From contig DFHL01000013.1 in the NCBI GenBank assembly GCA_002371315.1, forward strand, positions 5,742-69,741: a stretch of DNA of 64,000 bases, read 5' to 3'. Within the stretch, counting starts at the first letter, position 1. Every line of letters begins with the position of its first letter. The DNA is from Bacteroidales bacterium UBA3724 (GTDB lineage: Bacteria; Bacteroidota; Bacteroidia; Bacteroidales; P3). The notes beneath the pieces were generated by a model. The model was given only the letters and a program-made list of their open reading frames with translations. It made no database searches and was not told the origin of the DNA. The position numbers and the translations under genes were made by a program. This document shows positions 54,458-63,869 of the stretch, in pieces.

Positions 54458-54754
54458 GCACACTTTGCACAAATTCTCAATATTGACAATTCCACCGATA
54501 TTCCAGGCTTCAACGTATATCCAAATCCAACAGACAACAGCATTTCTGTCAACGTATCACATACTGATACTTATTCCTATGAATTACTCGATGTTAATGG
54601 ACGAAGCGTCTTAAAAGGAGAATTTAAAGGGACCATTACAACCATAAATATATCTTCACTTCCCGCAGGACACTATCTATTTCTTCTGAAAACAACAAAT
54701 GCTACATCATTTCGCACTATCGTGAAAAAACACATTAAGATTTATAATGAATGA
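54458..54754 (+). pseudogene. orphan T9SS C-terminal sorting domain (remnant of a truncated cargo gene)
   Basis: Open frame with no ATG. It translates to ...FNVYPNPTDNSISVNVSHTDTYSYELLDVNGRSVLKGEFKGTITTINISSLPAGHYLFLLKTTNATSFRTIVKKH, a Por/T9SS type-A CTD. An in-frame stop lies at 54455-54457 and AT-rich non-coding DNA lies upstream. Confidence 0.7.
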
Positions 54755-54755
54755 A

Positions 54756-54788
54756 GAAAGAAGAGTCTCAATTTGAAACTCTTCTTTC
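54756..54788. terminator. hairpin terminator between convergent units
   Basis: GAAAGAAGAGT-N11-ACTCTTCTTTC. Confidence 0.55.
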
Positions 54789-54811
54789 TCAAATCAATAT
54801 TTCTATTGTAG

Positions 54812-55933
54812 TCAAATCTTCTTGCCGAACACGGCGCGTTTCATCAGCTCTTCGGTCTGGTAGGTGGTGCCCCAGATCTTCTCGGCCTCGTTACCGATGA
54901 TCTGCGGGTTGGTATAGGCCCAAACAACATTGTTTTTGATGGCGTTGCGGTTCATCTCGGCATAGTAGATGGAATGCACGCCGCGCTTCTGCCAGTCGGG
55001 ATGCACGCCGTTGAGCAGCAGGTCGATAGTGTCGTATTTGCGCAGGGCGCGCAGCAGGTGGTACCATCCGAAGGGGAAGAGGCGTCCGTTGGCCTTCTGA
55101 TAGGCTTCGGTGAGGCTGGGAATGCTCAGGCCAAAAGCCACCAGGTTGTCGTCCTGATCGACGACGAAATTGACGAAATCGAGGTTCACGAAGGGAAAGT
55201 ACTCCTTGATATAGACCTCGATTTCCTTCTCGGTCATCGGCACAAAGTCGTACAGATCCTTAAAGGCATCGTTCAGCGTGTGGAAGAATTTGTGCGCGTA
55301 GGGGTATACCTCGCTGCGTTTCTTGAACTTGAGCAGTTTGAGGTTATATCGTTCCAGGATGAGCTGGTTGATGCGCGCCACCTTGTCGGGAATCGGCTGG
55401 CTGGCCGGCATCTTGTACTGCTGCCAGCGGCAAAGCTCCTTGCAGCCAAGGCGCTCAATAAAGTCGATATAGTACTTCGGATTGTAGAGCGTGCTGAGGT
55501 TCTGGCGGGCGTCGAAACCCTCTATGACCCAGCATTCCTTGTCCATATCCGTAAAGCCGAACGGGCCTTCGATCTCGGTCATTCCCTTGCTGCGACCATA
55601 TTCCACCACCTTGTCGAACAGTGCCTTGCAGACATCGAAATCCTCGACGAAATCGAACCATCCAAAGCGGACGGCCTTCTTGTTCCAATGCTCGTTGACG
55701 GTGTGGTTGATGATGGCAGCCACGCGGCCCACAACCTTGCCGTCGACGGTGGCCAGGTACATCTGCAGGTCGCTATGCTCCAGCGACGGGTTCTTGTCCG
55801 TCAGCAAAGCGCGTTCGTCGCGGTTCAGGGGCGGCACGTATGTCGGCACGCCTTTGAAAAGTTTGTTGGGAAAAGCTATGAACCTGTTAAGGTCTCGGCG
55901 ACCTTTAACTTCACTGATAACGATATTGTTCAT
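54812..55933 (-). CDS. GNAT-fold acyltransferase-like protein
   Basis: 373 aa. N-terminal acyl-CoA N-acyltransferase-like region (YLATVDGKVVGRVAAIINH...FGWFDFVEDFD). It starts 17 nt downstream of the SPT-like gene. Confidence 0.65.
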   Translation of the reverse strand: MNNIVISEVKGRRDLNRFIAFPNKLFKGVPTYVPPLNRDERALLTDKNPSLEHSDLQMYLATVDGKVVGRVAAIINHTVNEHWNKKAVRFGWFDFVEDFDVCKALFDKVVEYGRSKGMTEIEGPFGFTDMDKECWVIEGFDARQNLSTLYNPKYYIDFIERLGCKELCRWQQYKMPASQPIPDKVARINQLILERYNLKLLKFKKRSEVYPYAHKFFHTLNDAFKDLYDFVPMTEKEIEVYIKEYFPFVNLDFVNFVVDQDDNLVAFGLSIPSLTEAYQKANGRLFPFGWYHLLRALRKYDTIDLLLNGVHPDWQKRGVHSIYYAEMNRNAIKNNVVWAYTNPQIIGNEAEKIWGTTYQTEELMKRAVFGKKI

Positions 55934-55950
55934 ATCCTTTTTTTAAAACA

Positions 55951-57135
55951 TTACAAAAGTCCAAGTTTCTTGAAGCATTTGACCGTCTTGTCGACGGCAA
56001 AGTCCACCTGCTCGATGGTGTGCGTTGCCATCCACGCCAGGCGTATCAGCGTATCCTCGGGCGGCACTGCCGGCGAGATGACAGGATTGACGAAAACGCC
56101 CTCGTCCAGCAGCATACGCGTGACCATAAAGGTCTTCTCGTTATCGCGCACATAGAGCGGAATGATGGGCGTTTCGGTGTTGCCAATCTCGAAGCCGGCC
56201 TCGCGGAACGACTTGAGGGCATAGTTGGCCACCTTCCACAGGTTCTCCTGGCGCTCCGGCTCGCTGCGCATAACCTCGATGGCGGCAATGACCGAAGCCG
56301 TGGCCGACGGCGGGATGCTGGCAGTGAAGATGTAGGGGCGCACATTGTGGCGCATCCAGTTGATAGTGTCCTTGTCGGCAGCGATGAAACCACCGATCGA
56401 AGCCAGCGACTTGGAGAAAGTGCCCATAATGAGCTCTGTCTTGTCGAGCAGTCCGAAATGGTCGGTAACGCCGCGTCCTTCGCGTCCGAACACGCCCAAA
56501 CCGTGGGCCTCGTCGACCATCAGCGTGGCATCGTATTTGTCGCACAACGCTTGTATTTCAGGCAGTTTAGCCACATCACCCTCCATACTGAACACGCCGT
56601 CGGTGACCACCAGCTTGCCAGCCTCGACGGGGCAGCGCTGCAGCACACGCTCCAGGTCGGCCATATCGTTGTGGCGGTATTTCAGCGTCTGGGCAAAGGT
56701 GAGGCGCTTGCCCTCGATGATCGACGCGTGATCCATCTCGTCGAAGATGACATAGTCGCCACGCCCAGTGACGCAGGGAATGACACCAGAATTGGCCTGA
56801 AAACCAGCCGAGAAAAGCATCACGCCATCCTTGCCGAGAAATTCCGACAGGATATTTTCGAGTTGCTTGTGGATGTCGAGAGTGCCGTTGAGGAAAGGCG
56901 AGCCGGCACATCCGGTGCCGTATTTGTCGATGGCGGCCTTGGCAGCCTCCTTAATTTTTGGATGATTGGTGAGTCCTAAATAGCTGTTGGATCCCAGCAT
57001 CAGCACTTTGCGTCCGTTCATAAGGACCTCAGTGTCCTGATCGCTCGAAATCTCCCTGAAATAAGGATAAACCCCCTTGGCCATAGCCTCTTGGGGAGCA
57101 GTGTATCGCGCAAGTTTCTGTTGCAGTGGCTTCAT
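55951..57135 (-). CDS. serine palmitoyltransferase-like alpha-oxoamine synthase
   Basis: 394 aa. GVYPYFREI...GSNSYLGLTNHPKIKEAA...GCAGSPFLNGT...DEAHGLGVFG...TFSKSLASIGGF. Length and N-terminus resemble Bacteroides SPT. Confidence 0.82.
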   Translation of the reverse strand: MKPLQQKLARYTAPQEAMAKGVYPYFREISSDQDTEVLMNGRKVLMLGSNSYLGLTNHPKIKEAAKAAIDKYGTGCAGSPFLNGTLDIHKQLENILSEFLGKDGVMLFSAGFQANSGVIPCVTGRGDYVIFDEMDHASIIEGKRLTFAQTLKYRHNDMADLERVLQRCPVEAGKLVVTDGVFSMEGDVAKLPEIQALCDKYDATLMVDEAHGLGVFGREGRGVTDHFGLLDKTELIMGTFSKSLASIGGFIAADKDTINWMRHNVRPYIFTASIPPSATASVIAAIEVMRSEPERQENLWKVANYALKSFREAGFEIGNTETPIIPLYVRDNEKTFMVTRMLLDEGVFVNPVISPAVPPEDTLIRLAWMATHTIEQVDFAVDKTVKCFKKLGLL

Positions 57136-57204
57136 CTAAAAAAATCTCGTTAGTATATACGTTAAAAGTGCAAAATAACAAAAAAAAAACGGATAATGAA
57201 GCAT

Positions 57205-58062
57205 TCAAAATGTTAAAAGATTTTGCAATTGCGCCGTCAGGCGGCTCGTTCCAATCCTAAAAATCTGATTTGAAACATCTTGAGTATTGAACATTATTCT
57301 AAAAAGAAACAGGTAAAACAGGGCGTCGTCGGGCGTAGTGATGCCTCCTGCGGCCTTGAATCCGACCGTTTTTTTTGAAATTTTCACAAATTCGCGCAGG
57401 GCGCAAAGCATAGCGTAGGCCGCTTCGGGAGTGGCACCGACGGCAATTTTGCCCGTTGAAGTCTTGATGAAATCGGCCCCGGCGCGCAACGCCAGCATCG
57501 AAGCACCATAGATGTTGGACGGCGACTGCAATTCGCCCGTCTCGATGATAACCTTGAGTTTCACCTCGTTGCCGCACACAGCCTTGGCAGCCGCTATCTC
57601 GTCCGAAACATACTGCACATCGCCGTCAAGCAGTCGGCCGCGGTTGATGACGAAATCCACCTCGTCGGCACCTTCGCCGACGGCATAGCGAACCTCCTCG
57701 ATTTTAATGCTTTGCGAGGTCTGTCCGGCCGGAAAACCGCCAGCCACCGAAGCCACGCGCAATGCCGAACCGGCCAATTCGCGCTTGGCAACGCCAACAA
57801 AGCAGGGGTAGACACACACCGACGCAACGCCGACAGGCCCCTGCAGCGACGTGACGGCCAGCCCTCTTGCCGACCGGCAAAACGCCGCCACGCCCGAAGG
57901 CGTGTCCGACCCGCTGAGCGTCGTGTTGTCGATGCATCCGAACAGCGTCAGCAGGGCCTTTCTCCGCCCGGCCACGTCCAGCGAGGCTATTTCGGCTTTC
58001 ACCTGCTCGCATACAGTCTGGAAACCAGACATATCGAAGTCCGAAAAGACGTTATTTCCCAT
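57205..58062 (-). CDS. deoC: deoxyribose-phosphate aldolase
   Basis: 285 aa with GADFIKTSTGK (Schiff-base lysine) and a DeoC-like layout. Confidence 0.88.
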   Translation of the reverse strand: MGNNVFSDFDMSGFQTVCEQVKAEIASLDVAGRRKALLTLFGCIDNTTLSGSDTPSGVAAFCRSARGLAVTSLQGPVGVASVCVYPCFVGVAKRELAGSALRVASVAGGFPAGQTSQSIKIEEVRYAVGEGADEVDFVINRGRLLDGDVQYVSDEIAAAKAVCGNEVKLKVIIETGELQSPSNIYGASMLALRAGADFIKTSTGKIAVGATPEAAYAMLCALREFVKISKKTVGFKAAGGITTPDDALFYLFLFRIMFNTQDVSNQIFRIGTSRLTAQLQNLLTF

Positions 58063-59209
58063 TTTCCGACTGTTTTTTCATAGATTTGTTGAACGTCTCG
58101 TTGGCAAAAGGCAGGATGCGGTGCGTCCTGCGATAGTCCGACGACAGGAACTTCAGCAGCAAATGGCGCCTCATCAGCTTGTTGCCGTTCATTTTTTTGC
58201 GGCTCGAAAGCATCTTGCGCATAATCGACAGGCGCCGGCGGTCGTCCTTGTCCACAGCATTGTTTTCCAGCAGTATCTGGCGGCTGTCGACAATCATATC
58301 GCGAATCGGCAGCGCAATGGGGCACACCTCCTCGCAGCGGCCGCAGAGCGTGCAGGCGTAAGCCACGTGCCGATAGCTTTCAATCGTCTCGAGATAGGGG
58401 AGGGTGATGTTGGCAACCGGCCCAGCGAAAACGTTGTTGTAGGGCTCGTCGCCGACGGTCTGGTAGACAGGACAGACGTCGTTGCAACGGCCGCAGCCGA
58501 TGCAGGTCAACGCCTGGCGCAACTCCTTGTGGCGAAGCACATTGGTGCGCTGGTTGTCGATGATGAAGAGATAGCTGTTGCAATGTTCCGACTCGCGGAA
58601 GACAATCATATCCTGCGAACCGCCACCGTTGCGGTAGGACATCAGCTGCTGATAGACTTCGGCCCAGTCGCTGCTGCCAACAATGCGGTCGATGGTGGTG
58701 AAAAAAACGTTGGTCTTGCTGTTTGTCAGGCGGCCGAAACCTGAGTTCGACTGGTTGAGCAGCACCAGCGAGCCCGTGTCGGCCAGCATCAGGTCGGCGA
58801 CAAAGAACTGCATATCGCCCTCTTCGGCCAGCTCGATCTTGGCATCGCGCAGAAAATACTTGATTCCAAGCTCGCGGAACACGGTGGAAGAATTGACATT
58901 GGGCAGACGCACCGACTTGATTTTGTAGGCTTTGAAAAGCTTTTTCAGGCAGTCGAAGACATCATTGTAGTCCGTAGCCCAGAAGACGGTATTGCGCTTG
59001 CCCGAAAACTGCTTCCCGAAGCGCGCCAGCTCCTCGTCAAGATTCTCGATGCTGCGCTGCAAGGCCAGCCTGAAGCGCTCGGCGGCAGCACGCTCTGTTG
59101 CCACCGCAGGCACAGGGCGCTCCTTGAGCCCGAAGGCAGCCGGACCAGACTTGTCGGCAATCACCTTGCGCGACGAGTCGAGAAAGCTTGTATAGAAGTC
59201 GTTGTTCAT
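58052..59209 (-). CDS. LUD-domain / 2x[4Fe-4S] protein (LutB-like)
   Basis: 385 aa. ADTGSLVLL LUD-type segment, CIGCGRCNDVCPVY and CTLCGRCEEVCP motifs. Confidence 0.7.
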   Translation of the reverse strand: MNNDFYTSFLDSSRKVIADKSGPAAFGLKERPVPAVATERAAAERFRLALQRSIENLDEELARFGKQFSGKRNTVFWATDYNDVFDCLKKLFKAYKIKSVRLPNVNSSTVFRELGIKYFLRDAKIELAEEGDMQFFVADLMLADTGSLVLLNQSNSGFGRLTNSKTNVFFTTIDRIVGSSDWAEVYQQLMSYRNGGGSQDMIVFRESEHCNSYLFIIDNQRTNVLRHKELRQALTCIGCGRCNDVCPVYQTVGDEPYNNVFAGPVANITLPYLETIESYRHVAYACTLCGRCEEVCPIALPIRDMIVDSRQILLENNAVDKDDRRRLSIMRKMLSSRKKMNGNKLMRRHLLLKFLSSDYRRTHRILPFANETFNKSMKKQSENGK

Positions 59210-59212
59210 CTA

Positions 59213-59656
59213 TCAGTCGAGTAACTTGTTGATTTTCTCAACCCTGCGCTGGTGGCGCCCGCCTTCGAACGGCGTGGAGAGGAAAATGTCGACGATTTTC
59301 AGCGCCACATCGACCGGTATGAAGCGGGCAGGCATCGAAAGGATGTTGGCATCGTTGTGCTGGCGTGCCAGCTGGGCGATTTCCTCGTTCCAGCAAAGGG
59401 CGCAGCGCACGTTGGGATACTTGTTGACGGTCATCTGCACGCCGTTGCCCGAACCGCAGATGACGATGCCGCGGCCATAGTCGCCACGGTTGACGGCGGC
59501 ACCCACCTGATGCGCAAAGTCGGGATAGTCGACGCTGTCGGCCGAAAAAGTGCCAAAATCTTTTGTTTCAATGCCTTTGGAAGCAAGGTAGCTCTTCACC
59601 TCCTCTTTGAGTTCGAATCCGGCGTGATCCGAAGCTATGGGTATAATTTCGCTCAT
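59213..59656 (-). CDS. rpiB: ribose-5-phosphate isomerase B
   Basis: 147 aa. IASDHAGFELKE, GIVICGSGNG and RHQRRV motifs. Confidence 0.93.
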   Translation of the reverse strand: MSEIIPIASDHAGFELKEEVKSYLASKGIETKDFGTFSADSVDYPDFAHQVGAAVNRGDYGRGIVICGSGNGVQMTVNKYPNVRCALCWNEEIAQLARQHNDANILSMPARFIPVDVALKIVDIFLSTPFEGGRHQRRVEKINKLLD

Positions 59657-59949
59657 TTTTTTAAGATTTAATATGCAAAGTTACGACAAATAGTCCATCC
59701 GTCAGCCGGCGGCATACGGTTTTTTTCCACAGTTTACACTTAACTGCGTAAACGACAAATGGTTGAAGTTTTATAATTTGTTCCGCGCCCCGCCCTCGAC
59801 GGCCGATTTCCCCGATGCGGGACCCGTATGTTCCCGCTGTCGGCAAGCGAAAGAGGATTATTTTCCGAAACAACCATTTTTCCACCGTCCGAAGGGGGCA
59901 TTGTAAGGGCAAAAATCGGAGCAGAGTTTTCTGAAAAACCGGTCAAAGT

Positions 59950-60120
59950 CCACTGGGGTGATTTTTGGTAAAAATATGGTAAAAGTTTGGGTGAACTTTG
60001 GTAGGTATTTGGTACTTGGAAATCAGTGGGTTGTATTTTTGGAAAAATGGCACTTTTTTTGGCCTTTTTCGACACTTTTTTTTGGCATTTTCCGTTACTG
60101 ATTTTGGCACTTTTGGAAAC
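59950..60120 (+). repeat. dispersed intergenic element, copy 5
   Basis: ccACTGGGGtgattTTTGGTAaaaataTGGTAaaagTTTGGGTgaacTTTGGTAggtaTTTGGTActtggaaatcag. Shares 30 identical nt with copy 4. Extended T-run/GGC tail. Confidence 0.8.
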
Positions 60121-60670
60121 GCGAGTTTTCGTTTTTGTTTCCTGTTTTTTCGGGTTGGAATCCGGCACGGTTCGACCCCGGCGCAAAGTGCCACCGCTCA
60201 GGTCGGTGTGGAGTTATAAACAGGGGTCTGTTTATTTGTTGATGAAAATGATTTCATAAAAGTGTTGATAAAATAACGGTGTTGATAACTGTTGAAAGAT
60301 GTTAGGAAAATGGCGACTTTCCATTGTTTTTCACCAGCTGTTTCAACCGAAAGGAAAAATTGAACAAAACGGTGTTCGAACCGCTTTCAACAGTGTGTTG
60401 ATAAAGTTGCAAGGCTTTGAGGTATGAAGATTTATCTGGTGAAAAGTGATGGAAACGCTGTTGAAAGAAAAGTGTGAAAAGTGAGATTTTTCGAGGGTTT
60501 TGAACATTTCAACAGTCCTAAAAAAAAGAAAAGAAAAAAAATTATAATTCTTAATGATTTTATTTTTTTCCCGATTCGCCGAAAAATCGTATTTTTGCAT
60601 TGTCTATCGGCTTTGCCGAAAGCGGATATCAAGTTCAAAATAAGGATTCACGAAAATAAAATTCCTAAAT

Positions 60671-61618
60671 ATGACCAACGAAGAGTATAAAAAAGAGATT
60701 TTGAGGCTGAAAAAAGAGAAGAATGCCGTCATCTTGGGCCACTATTACCAGATTGACGAAATCCAGGAGCTGTCGGACTATGTGGGCGACAGCCTGGCGC
60801 TGGCGCAGGAGGCCCAGCGGACGGATGCCGACATCATCGTGTTTTGCGGCGTCCATTTTATGGCCGAGACGGCTAAGATATTGAATCCGAGTCGCAAGGT
60901 GCTGCTGCCCGACGTCAATGCAAGCTGCTCGTTGGCCGAGTCGTGCACGGGTGCCGACCTGAGGGAGTTCAAGAAGCGCTATCCCGACCATATCGTCGTG
61001 TCGTATGTCAACTGCTCGGCAGAGGTGAAGGCCGAATCAGACCTGATCTGCACTTCGGGCAACGCCGAGAAGCTTATCAACTCGCTTCCCGCCGACCAAA
61101 AGATTATTTTTGCCCCCGACAAGAACCTTGGTGGCTACATCAACCGCCAGACGGGCAGGCAGATGGTGCTGTGGAACGGTGTCTGCACGGTCCACGACGC
61201 TCTGGAGGCGGAAAGTATACTGCGGCTGAAGCAGCAGAACCCCGAAGCCCCGGTGGTGGCCCATCCCGAATGCAACGCTGCAGTGCTGGCGGTGGCCGAT
61301 TTTGTTGGTTCGACCAAGGCAATGCTGAACTATATTGCCGCCTCGGCAAGCCGGAGGTTCATCGTCGTCACCGAATCGGGCATACTGTACGAGATGAAGC
61401 GCAACAATCCTGACAAGGAGTTCATTGCCGTGCCCGGCGGCGAGGGATGCATCTGCGCCGAATGTTCGTATATGAAGATGAACACTCTCGAAAAACTGTA
61501 CAAATGCCTGTGCGATGAGACTCCCGAAATCACGCTCGACAGCGAGATGATCGAGAAGGCTGCCCGCCCGATAGTGAGGATGCTGGATATGTCGCGCCAG
61601 CTGGGTATAATCAAGTAG
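60671..61618 (+). CDS. nadA: quinolinate synthase
   Basis: 315 aa. ILGHYYQ, FCGVHFMAETAKIL and HPEC motifs, C-terminal Cys ligands. Confidence 0.95.
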   Translation: MTNEEYKKEILRLKKEKNAVILGHYYQIDEIQELSDYVGDSLALAQEAQRTDADIIVFCGVHFMAETAKILNPSRKVLLPDVNASCSLAESCTGADLREFKKRYPDHIVVSYVNCSAEVKAESDLICTSGNAEKLINSLPADQKIIFAPDKNLGGYINRQTGRQMVLWNGVCTVHDALEAESILRLKQQNPEAPVVAHPECNAAVLAVADFVGSTKAMLNYIAASASRRFIVVTESGILYEMKRNNPDKEFIAVPGGEGCICAECSYMKMNTLEKLYKCLCDETPEITLDSEMIEKAARPIVRMLDMSRQLGIIK

Positions 61619-61653
61619 CGGTGCTGAATGCTGACGAATAACTGTGGAACGAT

Positions 61654-62172
61654 ATGAGCAGCAACAGGATAGGCCAGCCGCAGGTGTACGAGTGTCTTGA
61701 GCGGCTTGGCATCGAGTATGAATATTATGAGCATCCCGAGGCTCCGACCATCGAGATTGCGGAGCGCTTCTATCGCGGCGAGGGTACGACGCTGTGCAAG
61801 AACCTTTTCTTCCGCAACCACAAGGGCAACCGCCACTATCTGGTGATTATGGAGAGCCATTTCGCGATGGATATCCACAGTGTGGAGCGGATGCTGCATC
61901 AGGGCAAGCTGTCGTTTGCGTCGCCCGAGCGTATGATGCGCTATCTTGGCGTGACGCCCGGGTCGGTGAGCCTTTTCAACCTGGTCAACGATGTCAACAG
62001 GGAGGTCACGCTTTTTGTGGATTCGAAGTTGCTGAGTGTCGAGAAGGTGAGTTTTCACCCCAACGACAACCGTGCTTCGCTGGTGATAAGCAGTGCCGAT
62101 ATGTTGAAATTCATCCGGGAAATGGGCATTCGCTACGAGGTGCTGGATTTATACGGGCAGGATGTTGATTAA
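61654..62172 (+). CDS. YbaK/prolyl-tRNA-synthetase-associated deacylase-domain protein
   Basis: 172 aa with TLCKNLFFRN...GVTPGSVSLF...SFHPNDN features of the YbaK/ProX family. Confidence 0.78.
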   Translation: MSSNRIGQPQVYECLERLGIEYEYYEHPEAPTIEIAERFYRGEGTTLCKNLFFRNHKGNRHYLVIMESHFAMDIHSVERMLHQGKLSFASPERMMRYLGVTPGSVSLFNLVNDVNREVTLFVDSKLLSVEKVSFHPNDNRASLVISSADMLKFIREMGIRYEVLDLYGQDVD

Positions 62173-62243
62173 TAGTGGATAAGTGTTGAAAACGAAAAAT
62201 AATTAAATATTAGTATTATATTGTAAAAGAAAAGGTTACGGGT

Positions 62244-62261
62244 ATGTTTCACGTGTAACAT
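62244..62261. promoter_or_regulatory. GTTTCACGTG-type palindrome (one mismatch)
   Basis: ATGTTTCACGTGTAACAT ends 19 nt upstream of the pseudouridine synthase start codon. Confidence 0.3.
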
Positions 62262-62280
62262 TTTTTGGAACGAAGGTAGT

Positions 62281-63150
62281 ATGAAAACTGTCGAAATCGA
62301 GGTTAAGGAACCTATAAAACTGATGGAGTTGCTGGAGAAGGTTTTCCCCGACAGCAGCCGGAGCAAACGAAAGGAGATACTGGCTCATCGTGTCGTCGTT
62401 GCGTCGCGTAGGATTACGCAATACGATTTTCCGCTCGCTGCGGGGATGAAGGTGACGATAGAGGGCGACGAGGATAGGAACAAGCTGATGCGCGGAAAGA
62501 TGCCCATAGTTTTCGAGGACCATTATCTTATGGTGGTCAACAAGCCTGTGGGCCTGCTGAGCAGCGGCATCCATCCCAACGACAAGTCGGTGATAAGCGA
62601 GTTGAACAATTATTTCATCCGGCGCCGTTCGCGCCAGCGTGCGCACGTGGTGCACAGGCTGGACCGCGACACGTCGGGCCTGCTGCTTGTGGCCAAGTCG
62701 AAGGATGTGGCCCGCGAGCTGGAACACAACTGGAAGGAGCGCGTCTTCGACCGCGCATACGTGGCTGTGTGCTGGGGGGCTCCGGTGCCGTCGAGCGGAA
62801 TGGTGCGCTCGTGGCTGACCGACGGCGAGTTTTGCGTCGAGTCGTCGCCCACCGACAATGGTGGCAAACTGGCCATAACACACTACAAGACGCTGAGGAA
62901 AAACAGGCGTTTTGCGTTGATGCAGATGTCGCTCGAGACGGGTCGCCGCAACCAGATAAGGGTGCATATGCGCGACTTGGGCCATCCGTTGCTGAAGGAT
63001 CCCATCTATGGCTATCGCGACGACGATTCGCCCATCAACCGGCTGGCCTTGCACGCTTTCCGCCTCTGCTTCTATCATCCTGTAACCGGCAAGGAAATGA
63101 GGTTTGAAACGGAGATTCCGAACGAGTTTTTGGCTATTTTCGACAAATAG
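62281..63150 (+). CDS. RluA-family pseudouridine synthase
   Basis: 289 aa with an N-terminal S4-like segment, the catalytic HRLDRDTSGLLL motif and NQIRVH. Confidence 0.9.
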   Translation: MKTVEIEVKEPIKLMELLEKVFPDSSRSKRKEILAHRVVVASRRITQYDFPLAAGMKVTIEGDEDRNKLMRGKMPIVFEDHYLMVVNKPVGLLSSGIHPNDKSVISELNNYFIRRRSRQRAHVVHRLDRDTSGLLLVAKSKDVARELEHNWKERVFDRAYVAVCWGAPVPSSGMVRSWLTDGEFCVESSPTDNGGKLAITHYKTLRKNRRFALMQMSLETGRRNQIRVHMRDLGHPLLKDPIYGYRDDDSPINRLALHAFRLCFYHPVTGKEMRFETEIPNEFLAIFDK

Positions 63151-63212
63151 ATTGTGCGCGGGACAATAAAAGCGGGGTAATGGCCGTTGTAATATAAAAT
63201 CAATAATAAGGA

Positions 63213-63848
63213 ATGGAATACAATACTAAGAGAGGCGATATGATGTTCAGGGAATATGGGCGCTCGGTGAAGAAAATAGTCGACGATGTCTGTAATCTTC
63301 CTGAAGGAGAAACAAAAAAGAACGCGGCACGGGCTGTCATCACGATGATGGGAATGGTGGGCGGAATGTCGTTGCGCGACGATGTGTCGTACCATAAGTT
63401 GTGGGACCATCTGATGCTGATGTCGGATTTCAGGCTTGCGGAGGCTTGGCCTTTTCCAGCCGAGGAACTCGAAAGCCTCAAGGCCCGTCACAGTGTGGAC
63501 GAGAGCGAGACCCGGCAGCGTCTGCCCTACAAGAATGCCAACATCGGCGTGCGCCAGTATGGCGAATATCTGCAGTCGATGCTCGAGCATCTGAAGGAGG
63601 TGCCCGACGGCGAGGAGTACAAGTCGCTTGTCACCCTTGTGGCGCAACAGGCCAAGCGTGACTACCTGGTGTGGAACGGCGAACTGTCGGACGACAATAT
63701 CATCGTTGACCAGATGGTGCGCCTGTCGGGCGACAGCCGTATAGAAGGACTGCTGCGCGACAAGCCGATCGTTGTGCCCAACGGCACGCTGCCGGTCGAG
63801 ACCGCGACGCCGAAAAAGAAAAAGAAGAAGAAAAAGAATAATTACTAA
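63213..63848 (+). CDS. DUF4290-like protein
   Basis: 211 aa. REYGRSVKKIV N-terminus, position directly upstream of murA as is usual in Bacteroidetes, poly-Lys tail. Confidence 0.65.
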   Translation: MEYNTKRGDMMFREYGRSVKKIVDDVCNLPEGETKKNAARAVITMMGMVGGMSLRDDVSYHKLWDHLMLMSDFRLAEAWPFPAEELESLKARHSVDESETRQRLPYKNANIGVRQYGEYLQSMLEHLKEVPDGEEYKSLVTLVAQQAKRDYLVWNGELSDDNIIVDQMVRLSGDSRIEGLLRDKPIVVPNGTLPVETATPKKKKKKKKNNY

Positions 63849-63869
63849 TCAGTAAAAAAAGCTGTTACT

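Noticed and set aside
60169-60195. GGTTCGACCCCGGCGCAAAGTGCCACC resembles a tRNA/tmRNA T-loop plus a CCA end. This suggested a tRNA fragment or an att site.
   Set aside because: The bases flanking TTCGACC cannot form a 5-bp T-stem (CACGG versus CCGGC). There is no acceptor pairing and no upstream D or anticodon arms.
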